64,000 bases of DNA from a virus. Its lineage: Duplodnaviria; Caudoviricetes. The position numbers and the translations under genes were made by a program. Location: positions 1-64,000 of IMG/VR virus record IMGVR_UViG_3300020577_009596; one strand, given 5' to 3'. Positions 63,858-64,000 of this stretch are shown piece after piece. Position 1 is the first letter of the stretch; every line of letters begins with the position of its first letter. The notes under the pieces are model-generated. The model ran no database searches, had not been told where the DNA came from, and worked only from the letters and a program-made list of their open reading frames with translations.

Positions 63858-64000
63858 ATGATCACGAAGACCTTCCTCCTCGCCGGTGACGCCATCTTCA
63901 CGGTCCGGGAGCCCGACGGCTCGCACCACACCTACCGGCTGGAGAAGGTCGAGGCGAGCGACCGCTGGCCCGAGGCGTGGTTCTGCAAGGTCCTGACCGG
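63858..64000 (+). CDS. Partial CDS running off the window (FLLAGDAIFT...VLTG)
   Basis: GGAG RBS, open to the window end. Confidence 0.6.
   Translation, partial: MITKTFLLAGDAIFTVREPDGSHHTYRLEKVEASDRWPEAWFCKVLT

Overview
This is a GC-rich segment of a large tailed (Caudoviricetes-like) phage genome. The host is most likely a planctomycete: the window has two TIGR02996-domain genes, an RLAVESLEERDVPA secretion motif and CsrA. Most genes lie on the minus strand. Packaging genes are TerS, TerL and a 1696-aa DUF935-type portal fused to five predicted enzymatic domains. There are also two sigma factors and a J-domain protein, a block of secreted/membrane proteins, a nucleotide- and DNA-modification block (ThyX, a thymidylate-synthase homologue with Asp at the specificity site, dCMP deaminase, MazG-like, UDG-like, C5-methyltransferase fused to a BGT-like glycosyltransferase) and a T7-like replication block (primase-helicase, PolA, SSB-like, AAA ATPase, PD-(D/E)XK nuclease, UDG, EndoVII). 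The main unexplained structure is: (1) a modular effector grammar (Tyr - short tag - cargo domain - TQNS) shared by the portal polyprotein and two other genes; (2) five free-standing homing endonucleases, three preceded by the same covarying three-way-junction RNA and two that replaced the 3' end of the gene they invaded; (3) three plus-strand Rep-like/iteron cassettes, one bracketed by 83-bp inverted repeats and one internally deleted; (4) a candidate -1 frameshift, a gene nested inside TerL, and a shared MPP(F/L/I) N-terminus on unrelated proteins. All family calls come from motif recognition by eye; no database search was run.
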